Of a DNA stretch of 64,000 bases, positions 50,228-58,860 are shown piece after piece; the stretch's first letter is position 1; every line of letters starts with the position of its first letter. Origin of the DNA: Alphaproteobacteria bacterium. Its GTDB lineage: Bacteria; Pseudomonadota; Alphaproteobacteria; UBA828. The DNA is taken from assembly GCA_963667785.2 (NCBI GenBank), contig CAXXMU010000005.1:96001-160000 (forward strand), given 5' to 3'. The translations under genes and the position numbers were made by a program. Under the pieces are notes generated by a model. It was not told the DNA's origin and ran no database searches. It saw only the letters and a program-made list of their open reading frames with translations.

Positions 50228-50236
50228 TCCCGCGGT

Positions 50237-51145
50237 CTACCCCGCCACCTCCAGCCAGTGGCGGGCGATTTCCTCCCGCGTCGCGAACCAGACGCCCTCG
50301 TGGGCTTGCGCGTGCTCGATGAAGCGGGAGAGCGCGGCGATCCGGCCGGGGCGGCCGATCATGCGGGCGTGCAGCCCGATCGACATCATCTTCGGGCAGG
50401 TCGCCGATTCCGCGTAGAGCGTGTCGAAGCTGTCCCGCATGTACTGGTAGAAGTGATCGGCGGTGAGGAAGCCCGGCGCCGTCCAGAAGCAGAAGTCGTT
50501 GATGTCGGGCGTGTAGGGCACGACCAGGTGGCGCGTGCCGCCGACGTCCACGAAATAGGGCAGGTCGTCGTTGTAGGCGTCGGAATCGTAGAGGAAGCCG
50601 CCTTCGTCCACCACCAGCTCGCGGGTGTGGACCGAAGGGCCGAAGCGGCAGTACCAGCCCACCGGCCGCTTGCCGCAGGTGCGCTCGAAGGACTCGACCG
50701 CGAGACGGATGTGCTCGCGCTCCTCCTTCCGGCTGAGGCGGAACACCTCCTCCCAGCGCCAGCCGTGGCTGCACACCTCGTGCCCCCCGGCGACGACGGC
50801 GCGGGCGACCTCCGGGTTCTGCTCGAAGGCCACGGCGCAGGCGTAGAAGGTCGACGCGATCCCGGTTTCCTCGAAGAGCCTGAGGATGCGCCAGACACCG
50901 GCGCGGGAGCCGTACTCGAACATCGATTCCATGGCGAGGTTGCGATAGCCCTCGGGCAGCGGGTAGTTGCCGAACTCCGTCAGCCCTTCCTGGTGCGCAT
51001 CGCCCATGGCCTCGGAATACTCCGAGCCCTCCTCATAGTTGACCACGACCGAGACCGCGAGCCGCGCCCCGTTCGGCCAGGGAACGGCCGGCGGGTTGGC
51101 GCCGTAGCCCACCAGATCGCGTCCGCCTGAAGATACCTCCGCCAT
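50237..51145 (-). CDS. Polysaccharide deacetylase family protein (PuuE allantoinase-like)
   Basis: RDLVGYG, WPNGARLAVSVVVNYEEG, EYGSRAG, SHGWRW, MSIGLH.RMIGRPGR. Confidence 0.85.
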   Translation of the reverse strand: MAEVSSGGRDLVGYGANPPAVPWPNGARLAVSVVVNYEEGSEYSEAMGDAHQEGLTEFGNYPLPEGYRNLAMESMFEYGSRAGVWRILRLFEETGIASTFYACAVAFEQNPEVARAVVAGGHEVCSHGWRWEEVFRLSRKEEREHIRLAVESFERTCGKRPVGWYCRFGPSVHTRELVVDEGGFLYDSDAYNDDLPYFVDVGGTRHLVVPYTPDINDFCFWTAPGFLTADHFYQYMRDSFDTLYAESATCPKMMSIGLHARMIGRPGRIAALSRFIEHAQAHEGVWFATREEIARHWLEVAG

Positions 51146-51227
51146 GATGCGCCTCCCCTTCTTGAACCGCGGTCGCGGCCTGAGCCGAGTCCGTCAAGGA
51201 CGGTCTCGCGTCAGTCATCATAGAGCG

Positions 51228-52487
51228 TCACGGGGTGCGGTCGTAATAGGCCCGGAGGATGGCGAGCACGCCGTCTCGGCTGTACTCGGGCGGAATCGCC
51301 TCGGCGTTCGCGAACATCGCGCGCAGCCGAGTGCCCGAGATGCGGAGCTTTCCGCCGTCGCCCCGGCGGCAGGGCCGGCCGGGGGCGGCGCCCGTCGCCA
51401 CCGCCGCCACCGCCCGATGGCGCTCCTCCTCGCCTGCACGCTCCTCGCCGCCGTCGGCCGCAAAGCAGACGTTCCCCGTCGCCATGCCCGCGCAGTCGAA
51501 GCAATGGAAGGTGTCGTCGACCTTCAGCGGCCGGATGGCGAGGCTGTCCGCTCCGATCTCGTCGAAGATGCGCTGTGCGTCGTAGGGCCCGTAATAGTCG
51601 CCGAGCCCGGCATGGTCGCGCCCCACCACCAGGTGCGAGCAGCCGAAGTTCTGGCGGAAGAGGGCGTGCAGCAGCGCCTCCCGCGGGCCGGCGTAGCGCA
51701 TCTCGATGGGATAGCCGGCCTGGATCACCCGCCCTTCCGGGAAGTGGTTGGCGACCAGCCAGTCGATGGCGCGCACCCGGACCTCGGCCGGGATGTCGCC
51801 TGCCTTGAGAGCGCCGAGGACCTGGTGAATCAGCACCCCGTCGCACACCGCGAGGCCGACCTTGGCGAGAAACTCGTGGCTGCGGTGCATGGGGTTGCGG
51901 GTCTGGAAGGCGGCGACCGTCGACCAGCCCTTCCCGGCGAAGAGCGCCCGGGTTTCGGCGGGGCGCAGGTAGAGCCCCCGGTAGGTCGCGGGAAAGTGAC
52001 CCTCGGAGAGGACCGAGACCGGGCCCGCCAGGTTGACCGCGCCCTGCGCCATGACCTTGGCGACGCCGGGATGGGCCTCGTCGGTGGTGCGGTAGACCTC
52101 GCGGCACTCGAGAGCCTTGTCGATGGCGTAGGCCTCGCTGACCGCGAGGATGCCGAGGATCTCTCCGCCCGCGTCCGTCAACGCCACCTCGTCGCCGGCG
52201 GCGACGGCGGCGTCCTCATCGCAGGAGAGGGTGACCGGCAGCGGCCAGAAGAGCCCGCTCTCCAGCCGCATCTCGAGGCACGCGCCGCGCCAGTCGGCCG
52301 CGCCCATGAAGCCCGCGAGCGGCGTGTAGGCGCCCATGGCGAGCATGAAGAGGTCCGAGACCTCGCGCGTCGACAGCGGCAGCCTCTTCAGGGTGCGCGC
52401 TTTCTTCAGCGCCTCCTCACGCTGGTCCGCCGGCAGCAACAGGGGCCGCAAGGTGGTGCCGCCGTGTGGGGCGATCAGGGTCGGCAC
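51228..52487 (-). CDS. sat: Sulfate adenylyltransferase (ATP sulfurylase)
   Basis: AFQTRNPMHRSHE, MRYAGPREA, VGRDHAG, ISGT; GTG start. Confidence 0.96.
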   Translation of the reverse strand: MPTLIAPHGGTTLRPLLLPADQREEALKKARTLKRLPLSTREVSDLFMLAMGAYTPLAGFMGAADWRGACLEMRLESGLFWPLPVTLSCDEDAAVAAGDEVALTDAGGEILGILAVSEAYAIDKALECREVYRTTDEAHPGVAKVMAQGAVNLAGPVSVLSEGHFPATYRGLYLRPAETRALFAGKGWSTVAAFQTRNPMHRSHEFLAKVGLAVCDGVLIHQVLGALKAGDIPAEVRVRAIDWLVANHFPEGRVIQAGYPIEMRYAGPREALLHALFRQNFGCSHLVVGRDHAGLGDYYGPYDAQRIFDEIGADSLAIRPLKVDDTFHCFDCAGMATGNVCFAADGGEERAGEEERHRAVAAVATGAAPGRPCRRGDGGKLRISGTRLRAMFANAEAIPPEYSRDGVLAILRAYYDRTP

Positions 52488-52546
52488 GGACCGTCACCGT
52501 CGCTGGAGAGCGTCGCGCGGACCATGACCGTGGCGCGAAGGCCCGG

Positions 52547-52697
52547 CTAGAGTGTATCCGTCTTTGACGGATACACGACAGGCCGCGACTGCGGCCCGCC
52601 GCTAATGCGGCGTGCCCGCGCAGGCGCCGGCTGCAAGCCGGCTGCCGTGAGCGATAAAGAGGCTGGAGCGTTTCCGTGTAGAGCGGACACGCTCTAG
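52547..52697 (+). mobile_element. 151-bp MITE-like structured repeat, CTAG-bounded, between aprA and sat
   Basis: Second full copy of 20781-20931; right-hand CTAG contains the aprA stop codon. Confidence 0.8.
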
Positions 52698-54538
52698 TCC
52701 ACGATGTGGTAGACGGGGGCCTTCTCCATAGCCCATTCCCCGGACTCGCGATCGTAGCGGGAGAGGGTGAAGCAGTGCCATTCGGCGTCGTCCAGCTTCG
52801 GATGATCGCCCCGATAGTAGTATCCGGGCCAGCGCGTCTCCGTCCTGAACATCGTGTGATGGGTCACGGACTCCGAGGCGAGCACCCGGTGGTGAAGCTC
52901 CCACGCCCGCTGAAGCTGGTGCAGGTCTTCGGCCCCCAGATGGTCGAGGTCTTCCCTTAGCATGGCCAGCAACTCCAGCCCGCGCGTGAGCATGGGTTCG
53001 TTCGTCGTGTAGGCGGCGCTGATGCCGCCCACATACTCGTCCATGATCTTCTCGAGGCGCTGGAGGCCGTGAAGCGGCAGCATGTAGCTCGGCGAGACCG
53101 TGCCCGCGACGATCTCGTTGCGGCCCACCCTGTAGGTCTCGAGCGGCTGGAAGACGGTCTTCCTGAGGTCCTCGTACTCCTGCTCGCTGACCTGGGGCTG
53201 CTCGCCCTTGAGGTCGATGACGTAGTTGACCGCCGCCTTGCCGGCGATCCGGCCTTCCGTGAACGAGCCCGACGAGAACTTGTGGGCGGAGCCGCCGATG
53301 GTGTCGCCGGCGCCGAACAGCCCGTCGACGGTCATCATCCGGTTGTAGCCCCACTGGTAGTCCGCCGGCGCGCAGTCCTCCGGGCCGCTCGCCCAGGCGC
53401 CCGAGCAGGTGGCGTGCGAGCCCATGACGTAGGGCTCGGACGTGGTCAGCTCCGGGTTGGTGTGCTTGGGATCGATGTTCTGGGAGGCCCAGACGACCGC
53501 CTGCCCGATGGTCATGCCCAGGAAATTCTCCCAGCCGACCTGCTCCTTGTGCGGGTCGGCGAAGGCCTCGGTCGTCACCATGCGGATGGGCCCCCGGCCG
53601 GCCTTGATCTCCTCCAGCAGCGCGTGGTTGCGCAGGCAGGTCGGCACCGGATGCATGTCGATGTAGTCACCGACCAGCGCCTTGGTATGGTCGTACCACC
53701 TGGACTCGTACTCCTCGCCGTAGGCGTTCTCGGTGTAGGTCTTGAGGTGGAGGAAGTAGGCGCCGACCGGGCCGTAGCCGTCCTTGAAGCGGGTCAGGAC
53801 GATCCGGTTCTCCATCTGGGTCATCTTGGCGCCGACGAGGATCGGCAGCGCGTAGGCCGACGCGCTGCTCCAGGGCGCATACCAGGTGCGCCCCATCCCC
53901 TCGCCCACCGCACGGGGCTTGAAGATGTGCGACGCGCCGCCGGCCGCAACGATGACGGCCCTGGCGCGGAAGACGTGGAAATCCCCGGTGCGGACGTTGA
54001 AGCCGACGGCGCCGGCGACGCGGCCCGGCTTCGTCCGGTCCGTCAGCAGGTGGGTCACCATGATCCGGTTGTAGACTTCGGCCGCGGCCTTGCGGGCGGC
54101 CTCGGCGACGATCGGCTTGTAGCTCTCGCCGTGGATCATGATCTGCCACTTGCCTTCGCGCTGATAGCGCCCGGTCTCCGGGTCCCGCATGATGGGAAGG
54201 CCCCACTCCTCGAACTTGTGCACGGTGGAGTCGACGTGGCGGGCGATGTCGTAGCCCAGATCCTCCCGCACCAGGCCCATGAGGTCGTTCCGGGCATAGC
54301 GGACATGGTCCTCGGGCTGGTTCTCGTCCCACTGCATGCCCATGTAGCAGTTGATCGCGTAGAGGCCCTGGGCTACGGCGCCGCTGCGCTCGATGTTCGC
54401 CTTCTCGACGCAAACCACCTTCAGGTCGCGCCCCCAGTAGCCGGCCTCGTAGGTCGCCCCGCAGCCGGCCATGCCGCCGCCGACCACCAGGATGTCCGCA
54501 TCCACGAAGACCGTCTTCCGACGCGAGAAGAGACCCAC
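52694..54538 (-). CDS. aprA: Adenylylsulfate reductase alpha subunit (AprM-associated, oxidative type)
   Basis: RSGAVAQGLYAIN, WQIMIHGESYK, RFKDGYGPVGA, HKFSSGS; GTG start overlapping aprB stop inferred. Confidence 0.95.
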   Translation of the reverse strand: MGLFSRRKTVFVDADILVVGGGMAGCGATYEAGYWGRDLKVVCVEKANIERSGAVAQGLYAINCYMGMQWDENQPEDHVRYARNDLMGLVREDLGYDIARHVDSTVHKFEEWGLPIMRDPETGRYQREGKWQIMIHGESYKPIVAEAARKAAAEVYNRIMVTHLLTDRTKPGRVAGAVGFNVRTGDFHVFRARAVIVAAGGASHIFKPRAVGEGMGRTWYAPWSSASAYALPILVGAKMTQMENRIVLTRFKDGYGPVGAYFLHLKTYTENAYGEEYESRWYDHTKALVGDYIDMHPVPTCLRNHALLEEIKAGRGPIRMVTTEAFADPHKEQVGWENFLGMTIGQAVVWASQNIDPKHTNPELTTSEPYVMGSHATCSGAWASGPEDCAPADYQWGYNRMMTVDGLFGAGDTIGGSAHKFSSGSFTEGRIAGKAAVNYVIDLKGEQPQVSEQEYEDLRKTVFQPLETYRVGRNEIVAGTVSPSYMLPLHGLQRLEKIMDEYVGGISAAYTTNEPMLTRGLELLAMLREDLDHLGAEDLHQLQRAWELHHRVLASESVTHHTMFRTETRWPGYYYRGDHPKLDDAEWHCFTLSRYDRESGEWAMEKAPVYHIVD

Positions 54539-54999
54539 TAGAGGAGGCCCTCCCTGAAACGATCCGGCGTCAGCGCGGGCAGCGCGTCGACGTGGAGCGC
54601 GTCCGGCTCGTGCGCGAGCTCCTGGGACTTCATCGCCTCCGCGCTTGGGGCCTCGTAGTCGGCAGGCGGCTTGATCGATCCCCAGGGCGTGGTGCGGATC
54701 GGGGAGACAAAGTCCTTCTCCCTGCCGTCCCGGAACTTGATCTTCCAGGAGATGGTGCCCTTCGCCTCCTCTCTCAGCGTCCGGACGCTGTGGCCCAGCG
54801 GAGCGAAGTCGGCGTAGCCGCGGCAGTCGATGGCGTTCTGCGGACACGCCTTCACGCAGGAGTAGCACTCCCAGCACATGTTGGGCTCGATGTTGTAGGC
54901 ACGCCGGTAGGTCTTATCGATGTGCATGATGTCGGAGGGGCAGATATCGACGCAGTAGCCGCAGCCGTCGCAGCGGGTCATGTAGACGAAGGTCGGCAT
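54538..54999 (-). CDS. aprB: Adenylylsulfate reductase beta subunit
   Basis: MPTFVYMTRCDGCGYCVDICPSDIM, CWECYSCVKACP. Confidence 0.97.
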   Translation of the reverse strand: MPTFVYMTRCDGCGYCVDICPSDIMHIDKTYRRAYNIEPNMCWECYSCVKACPQNAIDCRGYADFAPLGHSVRTLREEAKGTISWKIKFRDGREKDFVSPIRTTPWGSIKPPADYEAPSAEAMKSQELAHEPDALHVDALPALTPDRFREGLL

Positions 55000-55042
55000 G
55001 GGGGTCGGTTAGCTCCTCTTTCCGAGAGCGATGGTGGGCCGA

Positions 55043-55828
55043 TCAGTAATGACTTGGCCTCTCGCGGGCGCTGCCGAAGGTTTCGGGCTCGTCGGCCGGC
55101 GCCGGCAGGTTGCTCCTGGAGCCGGCCGCTTCGGACACCCGCTTCTCGAAGGCCGCCGCGGGCTTGAAGAACATGTGCGAGAACTTGGACCACGGAACGG
55201 AGCCGAACAGCACCGTCGTGGCGACGAGGTAGAGGCCGAGGAGCACGTTCGTCCCGGCGCTCTCGATCGACTGCAGGCCGGCCCAGATCAGCCCGAGCGT
55301 CGCGCTGGCGAGAAGCGAGAGGATGAACAGGTCCGCGCGCATGATGCGGAACGGCGTGTGGCCCTCCGCCGCGACGTCGACCCGAATGAAGAACCAGAAC
55401 CAGTAGCCGCCGACCATGACCAGCAGGGCGCCTGCGACCCAGAGCTGGGGCAGCACGGCGGGCGTCGGCGTGGCGGCCGTCGGGTAGCAGAACACCATGA
55501 CGACGGTGGTCGCGACGTGGAGCAGGAAACCGTACATCGTCAGCAGGTGGGCGACCCGGCGACGGCCGAGGCCGAATTCGGCCGAGGTCAGGACCTCCAC
55601 CAACGCGGTCCGGACCGCGAGCCCCGCGATCGTCCCGCCGGCGACCCGCCGCGTCCCCCTGGCCTGCGCGTTGCGCCAGCTTGCGAAGAAGTAGGCGGCG
55701 CTCCTCTTGTGCCAGACGTCGAACAGGGTGCCGCCCACGACCAGGGCGATCATGACGATGACGTAGGTCTGTATGGCGGTGGGCGAGATGGAATCCGAAA
55801 GCGCGGCGAAGGGATTACTCGTGAACAC
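55043..55828 (-). CDS. aprM: Adenylylsulfate reductase membrane anchor
   Basis: Multi-TM, RRRVAHLLTMYGF, WFWFFIRVDV, WSKFSHMFFKP; directly upstream of aprB. Confidence 0.9.
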   Translation of the reverse strand: MFTSNPFAALSDSISPTAIQTYVIVMIALVVGGTLFDVWHKRSAAYFFASWRNAQARGTRRVAGGTIAGLAVRTALVEVLTSAEFGLGRRRVAHLLTMYGFLLHVATTVVMVFCYPTAATPTPAVLPQLWVAGALLVMVGGYWFWFFIRVDVAAEGHTPFRIMRADLFILSLLASATLGLIWAGLQSIESAGTNVLLGLYLVATTVLFGSVPWSKFSHMFFKPAAAFEKRVSEAAGSRSNLPAPADEPETFGSARERPSHY

Positions 55829-55914
55829 GCAATTCTCTCCGATCTCGGCCCGTTCCGCTCAGCGCCCGGAGCGACAGTATCGATCTGCCGGCGGGAAGGA
55901 TAACATTTTCTGGA

Positions 55915-55928
55915 TGTAACCGGTTACT
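55915..55928. promoter_or_regulatory. LacI-type operator upstream of aprM, same motif as tauA operators
   Basis: TGTAACCGGTTACT with perfect 12-bp palindrome GTAACCGGTTAC, 87 bp upstream of aprM start. Confidence 0.75.
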
Positions 55929-55944
55929 TAAGACCGTACGTCGC

Positions 55945-57381
55945 TCAATTTCCGGCGACGAGCGCGGGCACGGGCAGGCCGCTCGGCACGCTTTCGGGCA
56001 CGATCAAGGGCCGGCGCCCGGCCTGGGCGTCCTCCAGGCTCTCGAGGAAGGCGAGGAGGCTCGCGCGCTCGTCCTCGCTGAGCGCCACGCCGCGCCTGAG
56101 CATGGGCGAAAAGCTCTCGCGGCGCAGCGCCTCGATCGCCGGGTCCGGCGCTTCCTCGCCGGCGGTTTCGACACCGGCCCCGGCGACCGCCGGCGGCGCG
56201 AGGTGGTGGTCGATGGCGTCGGCCAGTCTCGCGACGGCGCCGCTGTGGAAGTAGGGCGCGGTGAGCGTGACGTTGCGGAGCGGCGGCGTGCGGAACTGGT
56301 AGAGGTGCCGGGGGATGCGCGTCGCCTCGAAGCGGCCGCGATCGTCGCCGCTTTCGTCGATGCCGGGGCCGATCTGGGGCGCAGCGAGGGAATGGAACTG
56401 GAAGTCGCTGAAGAGCGGGCCGCTGTGGCAGGCGGCGCAGCGGGCCTTGCCGTAGAAGAGCAGCGCGCCCCGCTTCGCCGCCTCGCCGATCGCGCCCGCA
56501 TCGCCCGCGAGGTAGCGGTCCCACGGCGTGTCGCGCGTGACGAAGGCGAGCGCCTGGAAGTGGCCGATGGCGTTGGCGAGGTCGCCCATGGCGATGTCGC
56601 CGAGCATCCGCTCGGGGTAGGCCCGGCCGACGAGCCGGCGGTAGGCGATCTGCCAGTCGGCGAGCGGCGTGCCGGCCCGGCCGAGAAGCCGGCGCATGAG
56701 CGCGTCGTGGACCGCGACGAAGAGCTGCGGCTCGTCCTCGTCCAGGCCGAGCGCCGCGAGCGCGATCTCGTTCGGCCTGTCGCCGTGGCCGCCGGGGAGA
56801 TCCGGCGCCGAGCGGTCGTGCGCGAGCCCCAGCATCTCCTCCTCGCCGGCGAGGGGGAAGAGCGCCTGCGCGGCGAGCACGCTCTCGAGCCCGTCGGGCA
56901 GATAGTCCCCCATCGGGGTGCGGAAGCGGCTGACCGGCGCCTCGATCTCGCTCACCCGTCCGTCCCAGAACATGTTGCGCACGCTCTCGTGGCCGCGGTT
57001 CCAGATGTCCATCGAATTGCGCGGGTGCACCCGCGGCGCACCCAGCGGCTGGCGCTCCTCCGCGAGCCCGGCTGCGTCCACGCCCACCGAGAGCGCGACC
57101 GCATCGGAGGTGCCGCGGCCCAGCAGGTGGCAGGTGGCGCAGGCCACGTCGCGGGTGCCGCTGAGGATGGGGTCGAAGAACAGCATCTGGCCCAGCCGGA
57201 ACTTGGGCGAGGGCACCAGCGGCGGCAGCTCCAGGGGCTCGAGCCCGCGCGAGGCGATGACGCGGGCGAGCGCGCGGTCGAGGTCCTCGTCGGCCGCCTG
57301 TGCCGGCACCGCAGCCGCGCCCGTGACGCAGAGCCAGAGCCAGAGGCACAGCAGCGCTGTGACAGGCCGACGCGGCCGCAT
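55945..57381 (-). CDS. Di-heme cytochrome c peroxidase/MauG family protein
   Basis: Signal peptide, LFFDPILSG, CATCH, FWDGR, CAACH, FRTPPLRNV..TAPYFHSG. Confidence 0.92.
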   Translation of the reverse strand: MRPRRPVTALLCLWLWLCVTGAAAVPAQAADEDLDRALARVIASRGLEPLELPPLVPSPKFRLGQMLFFDPILSGTRDVACATCHLLGRGTSDAVALSVGVDAAGLAEERQPLGAPRVHPRNSMDIWNRGHESVRNMFWDGRVSEIEAPVSRFRTPMGDYLPDGLESVLAAQALFPLAGEEEMLGLAHDRSAPDLPGGHGDRPNEIALAALGLDEDEPQLFVAVHDALMRRLLGRAGTPLADWQIAYRRLVGRAYPERMLGDIAMGDLANAIGHFQALAFVTRDTPWDRYLAGDAGAIGEAAKRGALLFYGKARCAACHSGPLFSDFQFHSLAAPQIGPGIDESGDDRGRFEATRIPRHLYQFRTPPLRNVTLTAPYFHSGAVARLADAIDHHLAPPAVAGAGVETAGEEAPDPAIEALRRESFSPMLRRGVALSEDERASLLAFLESLEDAQAGRRPLIVPESVPSGLPVPALVAGN

Positions 57382-57465
57382 GACGGCAGTCCCTCAACCC
57401 CGTGGTTCGGTCTCGCCGGGGAGCTTAGCCCGGAACTCCGGGCACGGTCATGGTCCGCAGCCGGC

Positions 57466-58860
57466 TCACCCGGCCGGGGGCGCGCTCCCCATGGCGAGCG
57501 AGCTGGAGGCGCGGAAATCCACGTCCCTCGGGTGGCCGTCGAGAGCCAGCCGGACGGCGCGGTCGAGCCTCTCCGTGAAGGCCGCGATCTCGTCTTCGGT
57601 CACGGTGAGCGGCGGGCAGATGCGCAGGAAGTTCTTCACGCAGATGACGATCACGCCCGAGAGCGCGGCGTTGAGGCGGATGCGCTCGGCCATGGCGGGG
57701 TCCGGCTCCCTGCCCTCGCGCTCGCTCACGATGTCGAGCATCTGGTAGAGGCCACGGCCACGGACGTCGCCGATCACGGCGTGGCTCTCGCGCAGGCGCT
57801 CCAGCGCGGCCCTCAGCACGTCGCCCATGGCGGCCGCGCGGTCCTCCAGCCCGTCGCGCAGCACGATCTCGAGCTGCTTGTCGGCGACCGCCGCCGGCAG
57901 CGGGTCGCCGGAATAGGTGCCGGCCCAGGGGAGCCCGGCCTTGCCGCGCGCCTCCTCGGCGATCTCGCGCGTGGTCACCGCGCCGCAGATCGCGAGCCCC
58001 GCGCTCATGCCCTTGGCGAAGGTGACGATGTCGGGCGTCACGTCGTAGTGCTGGAAGCCCCACATCCTGCCCGTGCGCGCCGGCGCGAGCTGCGCCTCGT
58101 CCAGCACCAGCAGCGCGCCTTCGGCTTGCGCGAGCTTCTGGAGCCGGGGTAGCCATTCCGGCGGCGGCACCACCATGCCGCCCGCGACCAGCATGGTCTC
58201 CGCCAGCACCGCGGCGATGTCGCCGCTGGTGACGTGGTCGATCAGCTCGCGCGAGCTGGTGAGGCAGGCCACGTCGCAGGCCGGGTATTCCAGATTGATC
58301 GGGCAGCGGTAGCAGAAGGGCGCGTAGATCGCGGGCGCGTTGGCCGGCGCCAGCAGCGGCCCGAGATGGCGCCGCCTGGCGCCGCCGATCGTGGTCACGG
58401 ATTCGACCGCGAGGCTGCCGCCGTGGAGGCCGCGGATCACCGAGAGAATGTCGTGCTTGCCGCTCACCGCGAGCGCCATGCGCATGGCGACCTCGTTGGC
58501 CTCCGAGCCGGTGACGGCGAAGTTCACCACCTCGAGCCCGTCGGGCAGGGTGCCGGCGATGCGCTCGGCGAAGCGCACGAGGTGGGGGTTCGAGTACCAG
58601 GAGTTCTCGTGCCAGAGCCGGCCGGCCTCGGCGCGCATGACCTCCACCAGCTCGGGGTGGCAGTGGCCGAGCACGTTGCACATCATGCCGGCGGTGAGGT
58701 CGTAGTAGCGCTTGCCGTCAACGTCGAAGAGCCAGATCCCCTCGCCGCGCTCGAACTGGATCGCCGGCTGGTAGCGCCAGCCGTAGACGCGGGCCGCGTC
58801 CCGCGCCATCAGGTCGGCGTGGGCGTTCGACGGCGCGTGGGAGGGGGCGGAATCAGCCAT
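57466..58860 (-). CDS. Class III (omega) aminotransferase
   Basis: GEGIWLFDVDGKRYYD, TGSEANE, LDEAQ, PDIVTFAKG. Confidence 0.92.
   Translation of the reverse strand: MADSAPSHAPSNAHADLMARDAARVYGWRYQPAIQFERGEGIWLFDVDGKRYYDLTAGMMCNVLGHCHPELVEVMRAEAGRLWHENSWYSNPHLVRFAERIAGTLPDGLEVVNFAVTGSEANEVAMRMALAVSGKHDILSVIRGLHGGSLAVESVTTIGGARRRHLGPLLAPANAPAIYAPFCYRCPINLEYPACDVACLTSSRELIDHVTSGDIAAVLAETMLVAGGMVVPPPEWLPRLQKLAQAEGALLVLDEAQLAPARTGRMWGFQHYDVTPDIVTFAKGMSAGLAICGAVTTREIAEEARGKAGLPWAGTYSGDPLPAAVADKQLEIVLRDGLEDRAAAMGDVLRAALERLRESHAVIGDVRGRGLYQMLDIVSEREGREPDPAMAERIRLNAALSGVIVICVKNFLRICPPLTVTEDEIAAFTERLDRAVRLALDGHPRDVDFRASSSLAMGSAPPAG

Noticed and set aside
52694-54877. N-terminally extended AprA (727 aa)
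   Set aside because: The extension overlaps aprB in another frame; AprA similarity starts near 54538.
57466-58860. Calling the aminotransferase tpa
   Set aside because: Only family-level motifs are visible, and it is coupled to the hydantoinase-like gene, not to the tau operon.
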